A stretch of 64,000 nucleotides of DNA. It comes from Mytilus californianus. Taxonomy: Eukaryota. The DNA lies in the NCBI RefSeq assembly GCF_021869535.1, contig NW_026262581.1:51770001-51834000 (forward strand), given 5' to 3'. The notes below the pieces were generated by a model, which was not told where the DNA came from, made no database searches, and saw only the letters and a program-made list of their open reading frames with translations. Positions within the stretch are counted from its first letter, which is position 1. Every line of letters begins with the position of its first letter. Positions 29,116 to 42,052 of this stretch are shown here, one piece after another. A program made the translations under genes and the position numbers.

Positions 29116-30692
29116 TTTCTTTATCCCAAGTGTAAATTTACACAACTTATTAATGAAATAGACAAGTATAAATAATAACTGTACATTAAGAGATGCATAT
29201 GCAAGTAGCAGAATTGTTTTACCTTTATTACCCAATCCCTAGACAAGGTCAAGATTTGACTATTTCATTGCATTTATCTTTAAAAAATATTGACCAAAGG
29301 CATACATGTACATTTTTGTACCTGAAAAATGCCCATATAACACAAAACATATTTGGGGTGGGGTGTGGGGGTGGGGTATTGTTTTGATTTTATTAAAGTT
29401 ATCTAAACAAAGACATGATTATTGGCTAATATATAGCTAATAGATAAAGTGTTTTAATTCTACTATTGTTAAAAACTTGTTTTGTAACATTAAGTCTATT
29501 ATATAAAAAGAAATGTATAGTTTTTGTAAGTTCTTGTTTACTGTGTTCTGATTTTTTTTTTAAATAAAAGCAAATATGTACAGCAAGATTTGTATAATCC
29601 TAAAACAGCAGAATACATAAACTATATGTCTTAAATGAGCAATAGCTTTGATATAGATTGGATTCTGAAAAGAGTCCCCATAAAATTTCAATTTAAAATG
29701 TGAATGCAGTTTGTCATTTTTCTGTTTGATATTTTTTACTGGTTAACATTTGTTAACAATATAAAAATTATGACTTTCGAACATATGATGGGAATTAATG
29801 GAAATCAGTGACATTTCTTTTAATTTAATTGTCCATTCAGTACATGCGTATGTTATCTATATTATTTTTTTTTAGCTTTCATTGTCAAGTAAACAATGAA
29901 CATAATAAATTAAATTTGATAAATTTGTTGTTGTTGTCGTTTTACTGTAAACACTATTAGTTTTTGAAAGAAAGAAAAACAGACATAATGGTTTTCTGCA
30001 ATAATTGTAATTTATGTACCAAATGGGAAATAACCCTTATTTCCTTTTAAAAAATGTTGTATTACAGGAAAGAGTAATATTACAGATTTATGTAATATTA
30101 CATTTTAATGTAATATTACAGTTTTCAGTAATTGCCTGGACTGTTTTTTCATGGGGACTCTTATCTATAAAATTGAGTTTATCCAAAGGAGAATTAATTT
30201 TTCTGGCTCTAGCAATTGCATTATAGTATGATCTGTACTTTAATATCTTCAAGTTAAAAAAAACACTTAAAAATGTGTTTGCTTTTTCATGTTTTAATCA
30301 TCATCAACTTCAATACAACCTCTTTAAACACAAGTTGAAGAAAACCTTCTAATTTATAAGCATATGCCATAGTTGTCCGAAACCTCATATGTATACATTT
30401 AAACAGATCATATAAAAAGCAAATAAAGTATGACCCCCCCCCCCCCCCCCCCCTCTACAAATTCGATACTAACATGCTTTTGCCAACAACATGACTATTC
30501 AATCTGGCATCAGAACATAACATTATCCCAATACGAGTGTGACATTTTGTAACGTGTCGTCTTTAAAATTAATTCAGAACACTTTCAATTTTTGTTTCTG
30601 GAGATGTCCAATCCGACGCCGGGGATACACCACTAGTCACCATCAACTTCGTTGAGACGAACTAACGCAAAATCCTGATATAAATCAATTTA

Positions 30693-31904
30693 TCAGATTT
30701 CAATTCAGTTTTTCTTCATGTGATCTCTGTAACGTGTTTGCTGAGTAAACCCTTTTCCACATCTTTCGCACGTGTATGGCTTGTCACCGATGTGTACTCT
30801 CTGGTGGATGGTAAGCTCATACTTAGTTAAAAACTTTTTATCACACACACCACAGCTATACGGTTTAATGCCCGTATGTGTTCACTTCAATCCACCAGAA
30901 TCTGCATATCTCTTACCACACGTATCGCACCCATAGGGCCTTTCACCAGTGTGTGATCTCATGTGTCTTTGTAACTGAGCTTTGTCTCCGAAAGGGCCTA
31001 TCACCATTGTGTGTCTTTTTAATGTGTCTTTGTAAATTACTTAAGACGGAAAACTTTTTGTCACATATATCACATTTGTATGGAGTTTCACCCGTATGTG
31101 TTCTCGTATGTATTGTTAAAGACCCATTTTCAGCAAAGCTTTTACCACATTTGGTACATTTATACGGTTTTTCACCTGTGTGTATTCTCATGTGACTTAC
31201 AAAATTATTTTTTAATCTAAAACTTTTACCACAAGTTTCACAATCAAAAGCCTTATAATCTGGATGTCTGCCCACATGTTTAGTCAGGCGATTTTTATGA
31301 GTAAAACCTTTACCACATGTATCACAAGTATAGGGTTTCTCACCAGTATGTATTCTCATATGAGAAGTCAATTCTCCCGGAGAATTATATGTTTTATCGC
31401 ACACATCGCAATTATGATTTTTATTGCCCGTATGAATTTTCAAGTGTGTGTTCAGGTTACTGCTTTGTCTAAACGCCTTACCACACACCATGTATTTGAA
31501 GGGCTTCTCGTCAGTATGGGTCCTCATATGAATTGTGAGACAATTATTCTTCCTGAATCTTTTACCACATATATCACATTCATGTGCACGTGGTTTATCA
31601 TATAAACCAGTATGTGTTTCCATGTGTTCCTTCAAATTGATGGATATTTCACAACGATATTTTTTCTCAACACTATGAATTCTGTTGTGTTTTGTAAGAT
31701 TTCCTTTATCTATTAAGTTTTTACCACATGTAGGACATCCGTGTGTTTTTTCCTCAGTATGTGTTTTCACGTGAATTGTTAAATTGTTTTTCATCTTAAA
31801 ACATTTACCACATATTGAACAGCAATATTGGTTCTTGTCACTATGAATCTTCATATGTTTAATTAGGTCACCTGCACATCCACTACAACTATGTGGTCTA
31901 GTAT
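30693..31904 (-). pseudogene. ZF copy C, 3' part (fingers about 8-22)
   Basis: Paralogous to copy A. Deletion and frameshift after NGDRP, partial finger deletions, and a premature TGA replacing the terminal Cys ([12 protein letters not shown]). Confidence 0.9.
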
Positions 31905-32421
31905 GGAAAGCGGCAACCGGGGTCAAAATTCTTAATTCGTAAATTGTCAATTTGTAACTTGTAACTGTGAAATTTTCAAAATTCTTAATTCGTAAATGGT
32001 CAACTTGTTACTTGTAACTGTGAAATTTCAAAATTCTTAATTCGTTATATGTCAATTTGTAACTTGTATCTTTGTAATTTAAAATTCTTAATTAATTTCG
32101 TAAATTGTCAATTTGTAACTTGTAACTGTGCAATTTCAAAATTCTTTATTCGTAAATTGTCAATTTGTATATTGATGTTTTGTAACTTGAAACATGTCGA
32201 TTCGTTAAATGTCATCGTTGTATTATGTTAACGATCATTATGACGACGGATGGCGCTCGGTTTCTTTTTCTGTATATAAGCCTCCTGTAAGTAGGAGCAT
32301 CTCCGTATGGAGTATATACCCTTAGTAATTTAAATCAATTATGTACAGCACATACATATAAAAGAAAACAAACAGAAATTTTTTATTTTTATATGGCATG
32401 TATACAGGAACCAGGTTTTAT
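31905..32421 (+). repeat. Left TIR with about 52-bp internal tandem units
   Basis: About 5 copies of aaattcttaattcgtaaattgtcaatttgtaacttgtaactgtgaaatttc, then unique sequence matching the right arm. Confidence 0.85.
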
Positions 32422-33853
32422 TTTGTTTTCTGAAGACGACAGGGGGCGTTTCGTTCGAGAACGGAAACTATTTAAAAATACAGCCCGATTAATTCAGTAC
32501 GTCCCTCCACGTATTAATAATCGATCTCTCCTACTTGCGAAGGTAATGAAGAAGTCATAGATATAACGACTGAATTATTCGGATAAAAAGATATAAGGAG
32601 ATGTGGTAATAAACCGTATGATTGCCAATGAGACAACTATCCACCAAAGTCAAAGTTTAAATTAAGTCGATTTAAATAGGCAACGAACGCGGCCTTAAAC
32701 AATGAGAAAACCCACACCATTTAGTCGGCTATAAGAGGCTACATCATTACTGGAAAACCCAGCCATTTTATTCTGACTGAGGGGGAAGGGCTGACAGATA
32801 TATATATTAATGTACATGCCTACTGAACTTTTTTTGGTCAAAACGGGCTTAGGAATCCCCCCAACCCCAACCCCCGACCCACCCCTTCTTAGCCTGGCAA
32901 CTCATTCTAATACTTCGTCGATCGGATCGTAAATTAACAGTTGATTCACGATGTTAATCAAAAACGTTTGTATTATATAAGATAACTTTTTCGAAATTTG
33001 CATTTCATATGAAATAAAAAATAATTTGCAATGAATTCGTAACAATATAAATATTTCCCGCCATTTGAGAAGAAAAAATGACGCTATCCCACGATGCATC
33101 ATTCTAATATCCAATGGACGAAACCATGTTGTTGTATTCCACCTGGCAATACTGTCGAGCAGTGAGCCAGGATCACAGGCTACCACTCCTCACAGTTTGC
33201 CACCATTTTGCTCTCCAAAATGATCGGCCTGACAGACCCCCCCCCCCCCCCCAAAAAAAAAAACCCCAACCCCAAATCATGTGCAAAGATTTTCATGGAG
33301 AAATAAAATGATTGCGAACAGCTTGGTTTCTGTGGGGTCTTCTCACAGTAGAAGTACTTTTGGAGACAGATTAAAATAAGCAATGTTGCTTGTTTCTGGA
33401 TCCCATTGTTTATACAGTATTATATTATATAGCATGATTTGACTTATCGAATAAAATATTGTTTAAACGAAGTACTTTTCAAAAAATAATTCTCGCCGGC
33501 AGGAATTCTTTTAACACCATTGTTGGCGCCTCTCCTGTCCGAAAAAGTTTTACATAGAATTAGAAGACATAACATCTAACTGATTGCTGATATTTTGCTC
33601 TCTAAAATGAGCTGTCATAATATTATATGAAGATTTTCATGTAGAAATAAAATTAGGGTAAGCAGATTGGCCGCAAGAATTGCTTCTGTCATGCAAATGG
33701 CGAGATGGCGAAATATTCTCTCTGACCAGTTAAAGGGGTAGGGTACGTGTCACTTTGGTTAAAAGTGGGTATAGGTGTGTAATAAAAAAGAAATAGTTTC
33801 ATAGTTTTACGATTATGGTCATTGGCAAAATATCCAGAGGGGACACCACCAGG

Positions 33854-34109
33854 AAATCACACCATTATACTCCTGGTATATGTCATGTCTCGTCGATCCA
33901 GTAATCATTCTAGATCTGTATCTGTATCTGTAGGAATACCTTGTGTATACCAATACTGGATTTAATACAAAAGTAGAGATTGCGCCGTCGATTTATTGAC
34001 TGTTCACGAGAGCAGTTTCTGTGCGCACTACAGTGTCTTCAAGGTGGTTCCACTCGATTACTGTTTTTACGAAAAATGAGTTATAGTATTGCGGTATTTT
34101 TCTGGTTGG
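33854..34109 (+). repeat. 256-bp target duplication, left copy
   Basis: Identical by eye to 39648-39903. Confidence 0.95.
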
Positions 34110-34860
34110 TTTAAACAATCAGTACAAATTTGAAATAGAGAGGCTTAATAAAGAAAACCAATCGCTGCGTGATGGCATGGATGCGTTAGAACAATACAGT
34201 CGACGGGACTTAATTCGTATCAACGGCATTCCTGACGGTGGTATAGATGAATCTTCCATTCAAACAAACGAGTTAGTCAAAGATCTTATCAAAACCATCG
34301 ATGAACAACTAACACCCGAAGACATCATTCGATCTCATAGAATTGGTAAACCACGCACAAGGGAAGGCAATGAAGACGGCCGAGTTAACAACAAGTTTCA
34401 GCCTCCTAGACAAATAATTGTCAAGATTAAGGATCATAATGTTAAAAAGAGGATCCTCAGATGCAGAAAATTCTTAAAAGGGAAAATAGAATACAAGTAC
34501 GTCAGAATGAATGAGGACCTGACCAAGCCGAGAAACGCCATTGCATACAAAGCCAGACAGCTCAGCATTGAGCATCATCTAAGAGACACGTGGACAGTTG
34601 ATGGGAAAATTTATGTAAAGGACAATCAAATGCAAGTCCATGTTGTCAACACAATGCCAGCGTTCCTACGTTTTGTATCGATATACTGCTGTCCTGGTTC
34701 CATGGACTTCCTTGATAGGCTAGAATACAACAACAAACAAAACAGACGCGAGTACACACCACCACAACTCATAACATATGCGGAAGCACGAGCGAAGGAA
34801 TTAGCAGAGAGAGCATCTTCAAATGCATCAGCTGAAAACACGAGTGTCCAAATTTCATGA
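34110..34860 (+). CDS. LINE ORF1 (coiled coil plus RRM/CTD type), N-terminally truncated
   Basis: The frame is open from the junction (LNNQYKFEIERLNKENQSLRDGMDALEQYSRRDLIRINGIPD...RSHRIGK...IIVK...NEDLTK...WTVDGKIYVK), a typical invertebrate CR1/L1-type ORF1. Confidence 0.8.
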
Positions 34861-35742
34861 TTTAACTTTGAATAAAACTGCATATATTGACAACATTTTT
34901 TTTTTGTGTACGTATTTCTACATGTATTCAGACTATTTGACAGTCCTGTTTCAGAATTTTTTGCTTTTTTTTGTATTGTTTATTTATTTGTTTATTTTTC
35001 TATAATTACATGCTACACAATTCTTGTACATAATACATCTAATTTGTAATTCATCCAAATTCCTGTTAATTACACGGGAATACTTACCTTGATCGCTGAT
35101 TTGTCACGTGACAAATTTTAACGTATTGAAGTTCACAACACAAACTCTCATAGTAAAATAAATTACTCATGCGTGAAAAAGGTAAAACTATAACGGTTGT
35201 TTTTACATGATGTTAAAATCCATGGTAAGGAAATTTTCATGGCTAACTTCAAGCTCCTAAAACAACTTTAAAAAAGAAGATATTACTTTCAATTTGTAAA
35301 TTTTATCGTATACAAGCAATCTTTAAACAAAACGTACAGCGATTTGTACTGTTTAAAACGTGCATGCTTACTATAAATGGTAAATTGTATGGACAGATCT
35401 TGTCAATTCAGCGATCAAATAATCAATCAGGCAATATTAAATCGAGTTGATTTGACACGGCTGGTATTAACAGTTGTACTGAATTACTACGTAGATAAAG
35501 TTGTATCATTTATACATGTGTATACTCATTCCTCCAAACTACTTGTTCAATCCATGTACATGTGCATACTTTTTCTTTTGCTTCATGCATATAACATATT
35601 GTTATTCAATTTTTGTTCTCACAATTTTTTCTTATTTTTTACTTACACTTTTTTCACAAAACAAACGAAATGCTATGGATTATTTAACTTTGTATACGGC
35701 CGCTCTCAGTTTGACCAATTTCAGCCAGATGTAACATAACTC

Positions 35743-38700
35743 ATGGGGGTAGGAATCGAGTTATATCGTATGAGAGTTGGCCAATACTCACCAGGCAAAA
35801 ACATCAAACAAAGACTAAATTATATTGATTTTATCTGTATCAACTTATTTCTCGCTTGTAAAAGTGTCTCGCAGGCACTGGTGTTATCAATTTTAATCTT
35901 CACGTTGTCGCATCAACTAGGCGTGTGCCCTAAACCTTCAGAGATGAAACATGTAGACTCAAATGTACAAAAAACAACAAGTGTAAATGTGAATCTTAGA
36001 CTATTTATTATTTCATTTTTACTATTTGTTATACAAATTTTGCTAATCCTAGCAGGAATAGAGGTAAATCCAGGTCCAAGTGACGATATCGATTCTTCTC
36101 AAAGTTCAATTAACTCAACTGACATGTCGGATTTCAGTGAACTTTTCTCAAAATCAGTCTCAATTCTTCACTTAAATGTACAAAGCCTAGCCCCGAAAAT
36201 AGATCTGATTCAAGCTGAATATTCTGATTTCGACATTTTAGCGTTTAGTGAAACCTGGTTAAACAATAATCATACAGACGAATCAATTGAAATCCTAAAT
36301 TACCAGCACCCCTTCCGTCGTGACAGAGGTCAACACAAGGTTGGAGGGGGGATAATTGTTTATGTAAAAAATAATATACATGTTCAACGTCGAAGTGACC
36401 TCGAAAGCGAAAGTTTGGAAGCAATATGGTTAGAACTTAAAAGATAAAAAGGCTTTGCTCGGAACCTTTTATATACCTCCTAATAGTGGATCAGATATCT
36501 GGGAAAAAATTGAATATTGAGTTATTCTCTTGATATGGCGTCTAATGATAATACTATTAATTACATAATGGCCACTGGTGATTTTAACGATAACCAACTA
36601 GCCCCTGTTAATTCAAAAATTACACCTTTGTTAAGCCAATTTAGTCTTACTCAAATGATAGACGAACCTACTCATTTTACTGAATCGTCGTCATCATTGT
36701 TAGACCTTTTTATAACAAACGATGCTCACATAATAACATACTGTGGAGTCGGACCACCTTTATTAGACCAAATACGTTTTCACTGTCCTATTATTAGTCT
36801 TTTGAACTTTCCAAAATGTCGTCAAAAAACTTTTAAGCGAAAAATTTGGCTATATGATCGAGGAGATTATGACAGATATCGTAACATTTTATCTGAAAAA
36901 AATTGGGATTCCGTAATAAACTTAAATAACGTTGAACAATTTACAACCGAAATAACAAAAACTATCATAGAAGCTGCTGAAAAATGTATTCCAAATAAAA
37001 TAATAATTGTTCGTAAAAATGAACCTCCATGGCTAACAAATGATGTTAAAAAAATGATAAGGAAAAAAAATAGAATCCACAGAAAGGCTAAAAAATATAA
37101 TAACCAATCGGATTGGTCAAAATTTAAGAAAATACGAAATGAAGTTACCAGTTTAATAAGAAAATCAAAGGATGATTATAACAACAATTTAATTAAAAAA
37201 ATCATGAACAGTAACCCGTCCACTACTAATTGGTGGAAAACGGTCAAACAAATATCCGGATTAAAAACAAACGACGCAAGTATACCTCCATTAATGGTTA
37301 ATAACAACTTAATATTTGATGAAATCGAAAAGGCAAATGAATTTAATCGATTTTTTTCTTCCCAGTCAAATATTGATGATTCAAGTGCTATGTTACCTGA
37401 AGAACTTCATACTATTAGTGATGACATTAGTTATATAGAACTTACGGTTACTGAAGTTGAAGATATATTGAAAATTGTTAATCCCACAAAAGCTTCTGGC
37501 CCAGACCTCATAAGTCCCAAATTGTTAAAAGAAGCATCTTCTGTTTTGAAGTATCCACTATGTAAGCTATTTAACTTATCGTTAAGTACGTCTACTTTTC
37601 CAGATCAATGGAAAAGAGCAAATGTTACCCCAGTTTATAAAAATAGTAAACCGAATGACGTTAAAAACTATAGACCTATTTCCTTGTTGAGTGTAATTTC
37701 AAAGTGTATGGAACGTTGTGTATATAAACATGTTTACAATCACTTTAAGCGTAATAATATTTTAACGAAAAATCAGTCAGGCTTTACACGGGGGGATTCA
37801 GCGGTTAATCAATTAATTAACATTTCAAATGATTTTGGGAAGGCTTTAGATAGCGGTAAAGAAATAAGGGTAGTATTCTGTGATATAAGTAAAGCGTTTG
37901 ATCGAGTCTGGCATAAGGGACTGCTATTTAAACTTCAACAAGCGGGCATATCGGGTTCTTTACTAAGGTGGTTTGAAAATTATCTTACAAATAGAGTCCA
38001 GCGGGTGGTTATTAACGGTTCAAGTTCCGAATGGTTACCTGTAAATGCAGGCGTCCCACAAGGGTCCATTCTGGGCCCTCTCCTTTTTTTGATATTTATA
38101 AACGATATAATAGAAGACATTCAAGCTCAAATTAAGCTATTCGCAGATGACACTTCATTGTATATTATGGTTGACAATCCAACAGAAACAGCTACAATTT
38201 TAAATAACGATCTAGATAAGATTTATAATTGGTAAAAAAAATGGCTTGTGAATTTTAATGCCCAAAAAACTGAAAGTATGATAATTTCAAAAAAAATAAA
38301 TAGACCCTTTCATCCTCCATTAAATATGAATACCCAAGAGCTACAAACAGTAAGTAAACACAAACATCTAGGTGTCTTTTTTTCTAACAACGGATCCTGG
38401 AACGACCATATTGAATACATAGTTTCTAAATCTTATAAAAGAATAAATATAATGAGAAAAATGAAAAATGTTCTTGATAGGTTTACACTTGAAAAAATTT
38501 ACATATCATTTGTTCGCCCAATTCTTGAATATGCCGATGTCGTTTGGGACTCTCAAAATCAGAATTTGATTGCTAAACTTGAAAATATTCAGCTTGACGC
38601 AGCGCGTATCGTCACGGGGGGTACTAAACTTACCAGTATAAACAATTTATATGTTGAAACTCGATGGGAAAAATTATCTGAAAGACGACGCAATCATAGA

Positions 38701-39300
38701 TTAATTCATTATCACAAAATTTTGAATAATAAAACCCCAGAGTATTTAAGAGACTTATTGCCCGATTCAGTAGGAAGTAGGCATGATCATAATACAAGAC
38801 AAAGAAATAATATTACACAAGTCAATACTCGGACCCGTTTATATTCTGAATATTTCATCCCAGCAACAACAAAACTATGGAACACTCTTAACTTAAACAT
38901 AAGAAAATGTGAATCTCTATCATTATTCAAAAAACAAATTAGTACCCAAAATTGTAAGGTCCCAGCGTATTATTATATAGGACATCGTTTTGGTCAAATT
39001 CTTCATGCTCGCTTAAGAATGGATTCAAGTTCATTGAATTCTCACTTATTCGTTCGTAATTTGGTAGACTCTCCAAATTGTCGTTGTGGTGATGTAGAAA
39101 CAAATTCTCACTTCCTGTTATCTTGTCCCATATACACTGATTTAAGACATGAACTATTAGATTCTGTTTCAGTTCTTCCTGTCCAAGTTAACACAAAAAC
39201 TTTGCTTTTTGGATCAACGGTACTCTCGGATGAGCAAAATAGTCTTTTATTTAGTTTGGTGCAGAAATATATTATTAAAAGTAAACGTTTTAACCCTTGA
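35743..39300 (+). pseudogene. LINE ORF2 (AP endonuclease, reverse transcriptase, CCHC knuckle), disrupted
   Basis: APE motifs HLNVQSL, FSETWL, GDFN; RT motifs YRPISLL, DISKAFD, QGSILGP, LFADD; C-terminal CRCGDVETNSHFLLSC. Two compensating frameshifts at about 36443 and 36513, and an in-frame TAA at 38233-38235. Confidence 0.92.
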
Positions 39301-39647
39301 TGTTAATGCTTCATCATTCAATAGAAACCCAAGCATTTCACACCGTATAGATTACAATAATTCATGTTTATTTATTTTTTTTTATTTTTTTTTTTTTTTT
39401 TTTTTTTTTCTCATTAATTTTTTTTTTTTTTTCTTCATCTTCTTCTTCTTTCACCTTTTTTCATATTGATATATTTATTACAGAGCATGCCAGTATTTAT
39501 ATTTATGTATTGTCCAATAAGTGTATTATTTTTTGTAAAAGGAGACAGATTTGTAAAAGCAAATTGCTTGTTTCTGAATCCTTAATATTATTTCATTTGT
39601 ATAATATCGTTTAATGTTGATTTATCTGAATAAATATTGTTTAAACC

Positions 39648-39903
39648 AAATCACACCATTATACTCCTGGTATATGTCATGTCTCGTCGATCCAGTAATC
39701 ATTCTAGATCTGTATCTGTATCTGTAGGAATACCTTGTGTATACCAATACTGGATTTAATACAAAAGTAGAGATTGCGCCGTCGATTTATTGACTGTTCA
39801 CGAGAGCAGTTTCTGTGCGCACTACAGTGTCTTCAAGGTGGTTCCACTCGATTACTGTTTTTACGAAAAATGAGTTATAGTATTGCGGTATTTTTCTGGT
39901 TGG
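39648..39903 (+). repeat. 256-bp target duplication, right copy
   Basis: Identical by eye to 33854-34109; continues seamlessly into the older LINE. Confidence 0.95.
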
Positions 39904-40410
39904 AATCTCAAAACACTTTGTGTAGTTCTTGACTTGTTTTTCCACAATATTTATTGACTGATATTTGTCAAATCCCTTGGCAGTAATTGTTCTTTTTGGA
40001 CGAGCGTTCTTTTAAATATTTGTCTGATTCTATAGCTGGAACCAGCCCTTCAACCACCTCGTACAGAAATATTAGCTTCTGGCTTGAGCATCTTGTCTGT
40101 ATGTCTTGTAGTTCCAGTTTGGCGAGCGTTTTTGAGACGCAACCATCTTCTCTGGATTTGTAGTCTCCTGTTATAAATCTCGCAGTTTGTCGCTGTATTC
40201 TTTCAAGCTTGTTAATGTTCGTAGATTTGTAGGGGTCCTATACTATTGCTCCATACTCCATTATTGAACTGACCAGTGAAATATATGCGGTTTTCTTGCA
40301 TTCTGGTGTGCAATATCTCAAATTCCTTATCAGGAATCCTAGTGTTGAGTTTGCCTTCTTGGCTACGTTGGAAATATGGATAGTCCATTTTAGGTCCTCG
40401 TTAAGATTTC
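39714..40410 (-). mobile_element. Older 5'-truncated LINE (CR1/L2 group) with (CAGATA)n tail
   Basis: Minus strand NEDLKWTIHISNVAKKANSTLGFLIRNLRYC...KLERIQRQTARFITGDY...YRNSFFVKTVIEWNHL; tail cagatacagatacagat. Its 3' end is duplicated at about 33920-34109. Confidence 0.85.
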
Positions 40411-40974
40411 TAGTTCCTTTAGACTTTATAAAAAACTAGTGCATCTTCAATACAGTTTTAATATATAGTATACATTTACTTAGTGACTCATTTAAAATAA
40501 TACTTCATTTAATTTTTTTTGCTAAGTGCACACATAATATAAAACATTTTTATCTTCATTCCTCAAGAGCCAAATAAATAAAGATTTTTCATCCATTTGC
40601 TTCTTGCATTAAAAAATCATTAGATAATTAAATTCTTTTCCAAAATTTTAACATTGAGATAATAATGTTAAGAATAGTTGGGTGGCAACCTATTTCTCCC
40701 ATCATATATTTAGTCCAAAATTTGCGGCCCAGAACAATATTAGACTGAATTTTCCGGCTCAATCTTACATTTCATGTATTTAGTCTAATTTTGACCCGGT
40801 CAAATATTAAGAAGAAATTTCCTGCCAAGTGTCAGTCATATATTTGCAAAGCTGAAAAGGGAGCCCATTCCAGCGACACATCTGTATATATCTTAATAAA
40901 AGAAGTGACACATCCCCTCCCAGGTGTGGTGACCATTACAGTAGACATACATGTTTATTCTAGGTCACCTCTTC

Positions 40975-41464
40975 ATAAAACCGAGTACCTGTATATATGC
41001 TATATAAAACAAAGTATTTATCTCTTTGTTTTCTTTTATATGTATGTGCTGTACATAATTGATTTAATACTCCATATGGAGGTGCTCCTAATTACAGAAG
41101 GCTTATACACCGAAGACAAAACCGAGCGCCATCTGTCGTCATAATGATCGTTAGCACAAAACAACGATGACATTTAACGAATCGACATGTTTCAAGTTAC
41201 AAAACATCAATATACAAATTGACAATTTACCAAGAAAGAATTTTGAAATTTCACAGTTACAAGCAGAGACATATATACACATGTATGTGTATATATGTCT
41301 CTGTTACAAGTTACAAATCGAAAATTTACGTATTAAGAATTTTGAAATTACAAAGACACAAGTTACAAATTGACAATTTACGAATGAAGAATTTTGAAAT
41401 CTCACAGTTACAAGTTACAAATAGACAATTTACGAATTAAGAATTTTGACCCCGTTGGCTTTCC
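40975..41464 (-). repeat. Right TIR of the foldback element
   Basis: Reverse complement of 31905-32421 with indels. Confidence 0.85.

Positions 41465-42052
<588 letters not shown>

Larger units (their letters stand above)
34110..39647 (+). mobile_element. CR1-like APE-RT non-LTR retrotransposon, 5'-truncated inside ORF1 (5538 bp)
   Basis: ORF1, inter-ORF spacer of about 880 bp, ORF2 and a 3' UTR with poly-T tract ending aataaatattgtttaaacc. Confidence 0.92.
31905..41464. mobile_element. 9.56-kb non-autonomous foldback-type DNA transposon (GG...CC ends, AT duplication) inserted in ZF copy C
   Basis: AT|GGAAAGCGGCAACCGGGGTCAAAATTC at 31903-31905 and GAATTTTGACCCCGTTGGCTTTCC|AT at 41464-41466. 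Inverted arms align over about 500 bp, and ZF sequence resumes on both sides. Confidence 0.85.

Noticed and set aside
31927-32190. Regular ~52-bp units (and the 21-bp units at 13790-14490) as a CRISPR-like array
   Set aside because: The units are contiguous tandem repeats without unique spacers, there are no cas genes, and the context is eukaryotic.
35743-39300. ORF2 lesions with identical TSDs as proof of trans-mobilisation of a dead template
   Set aside because: Three lesions in 3.5 kb are compatible with zero changes in 256 bp, and some may be sequencing errors; not decisive.
39370-39469. Phe-rich hydrophobic ORF (39209-39469)
   Set aside because: Translation of the poly-T tract in the LINE 3' UTR.
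33854-39903. 256-bp direct repeats read as LTRs of an LTR, DIRS or Penelope-type element
   Set aside because: No TG...CA ends or PBS/PPT. The interior is an APE-RT LINE, and the repeat is part of a pre-existing LINE tail plus flank.
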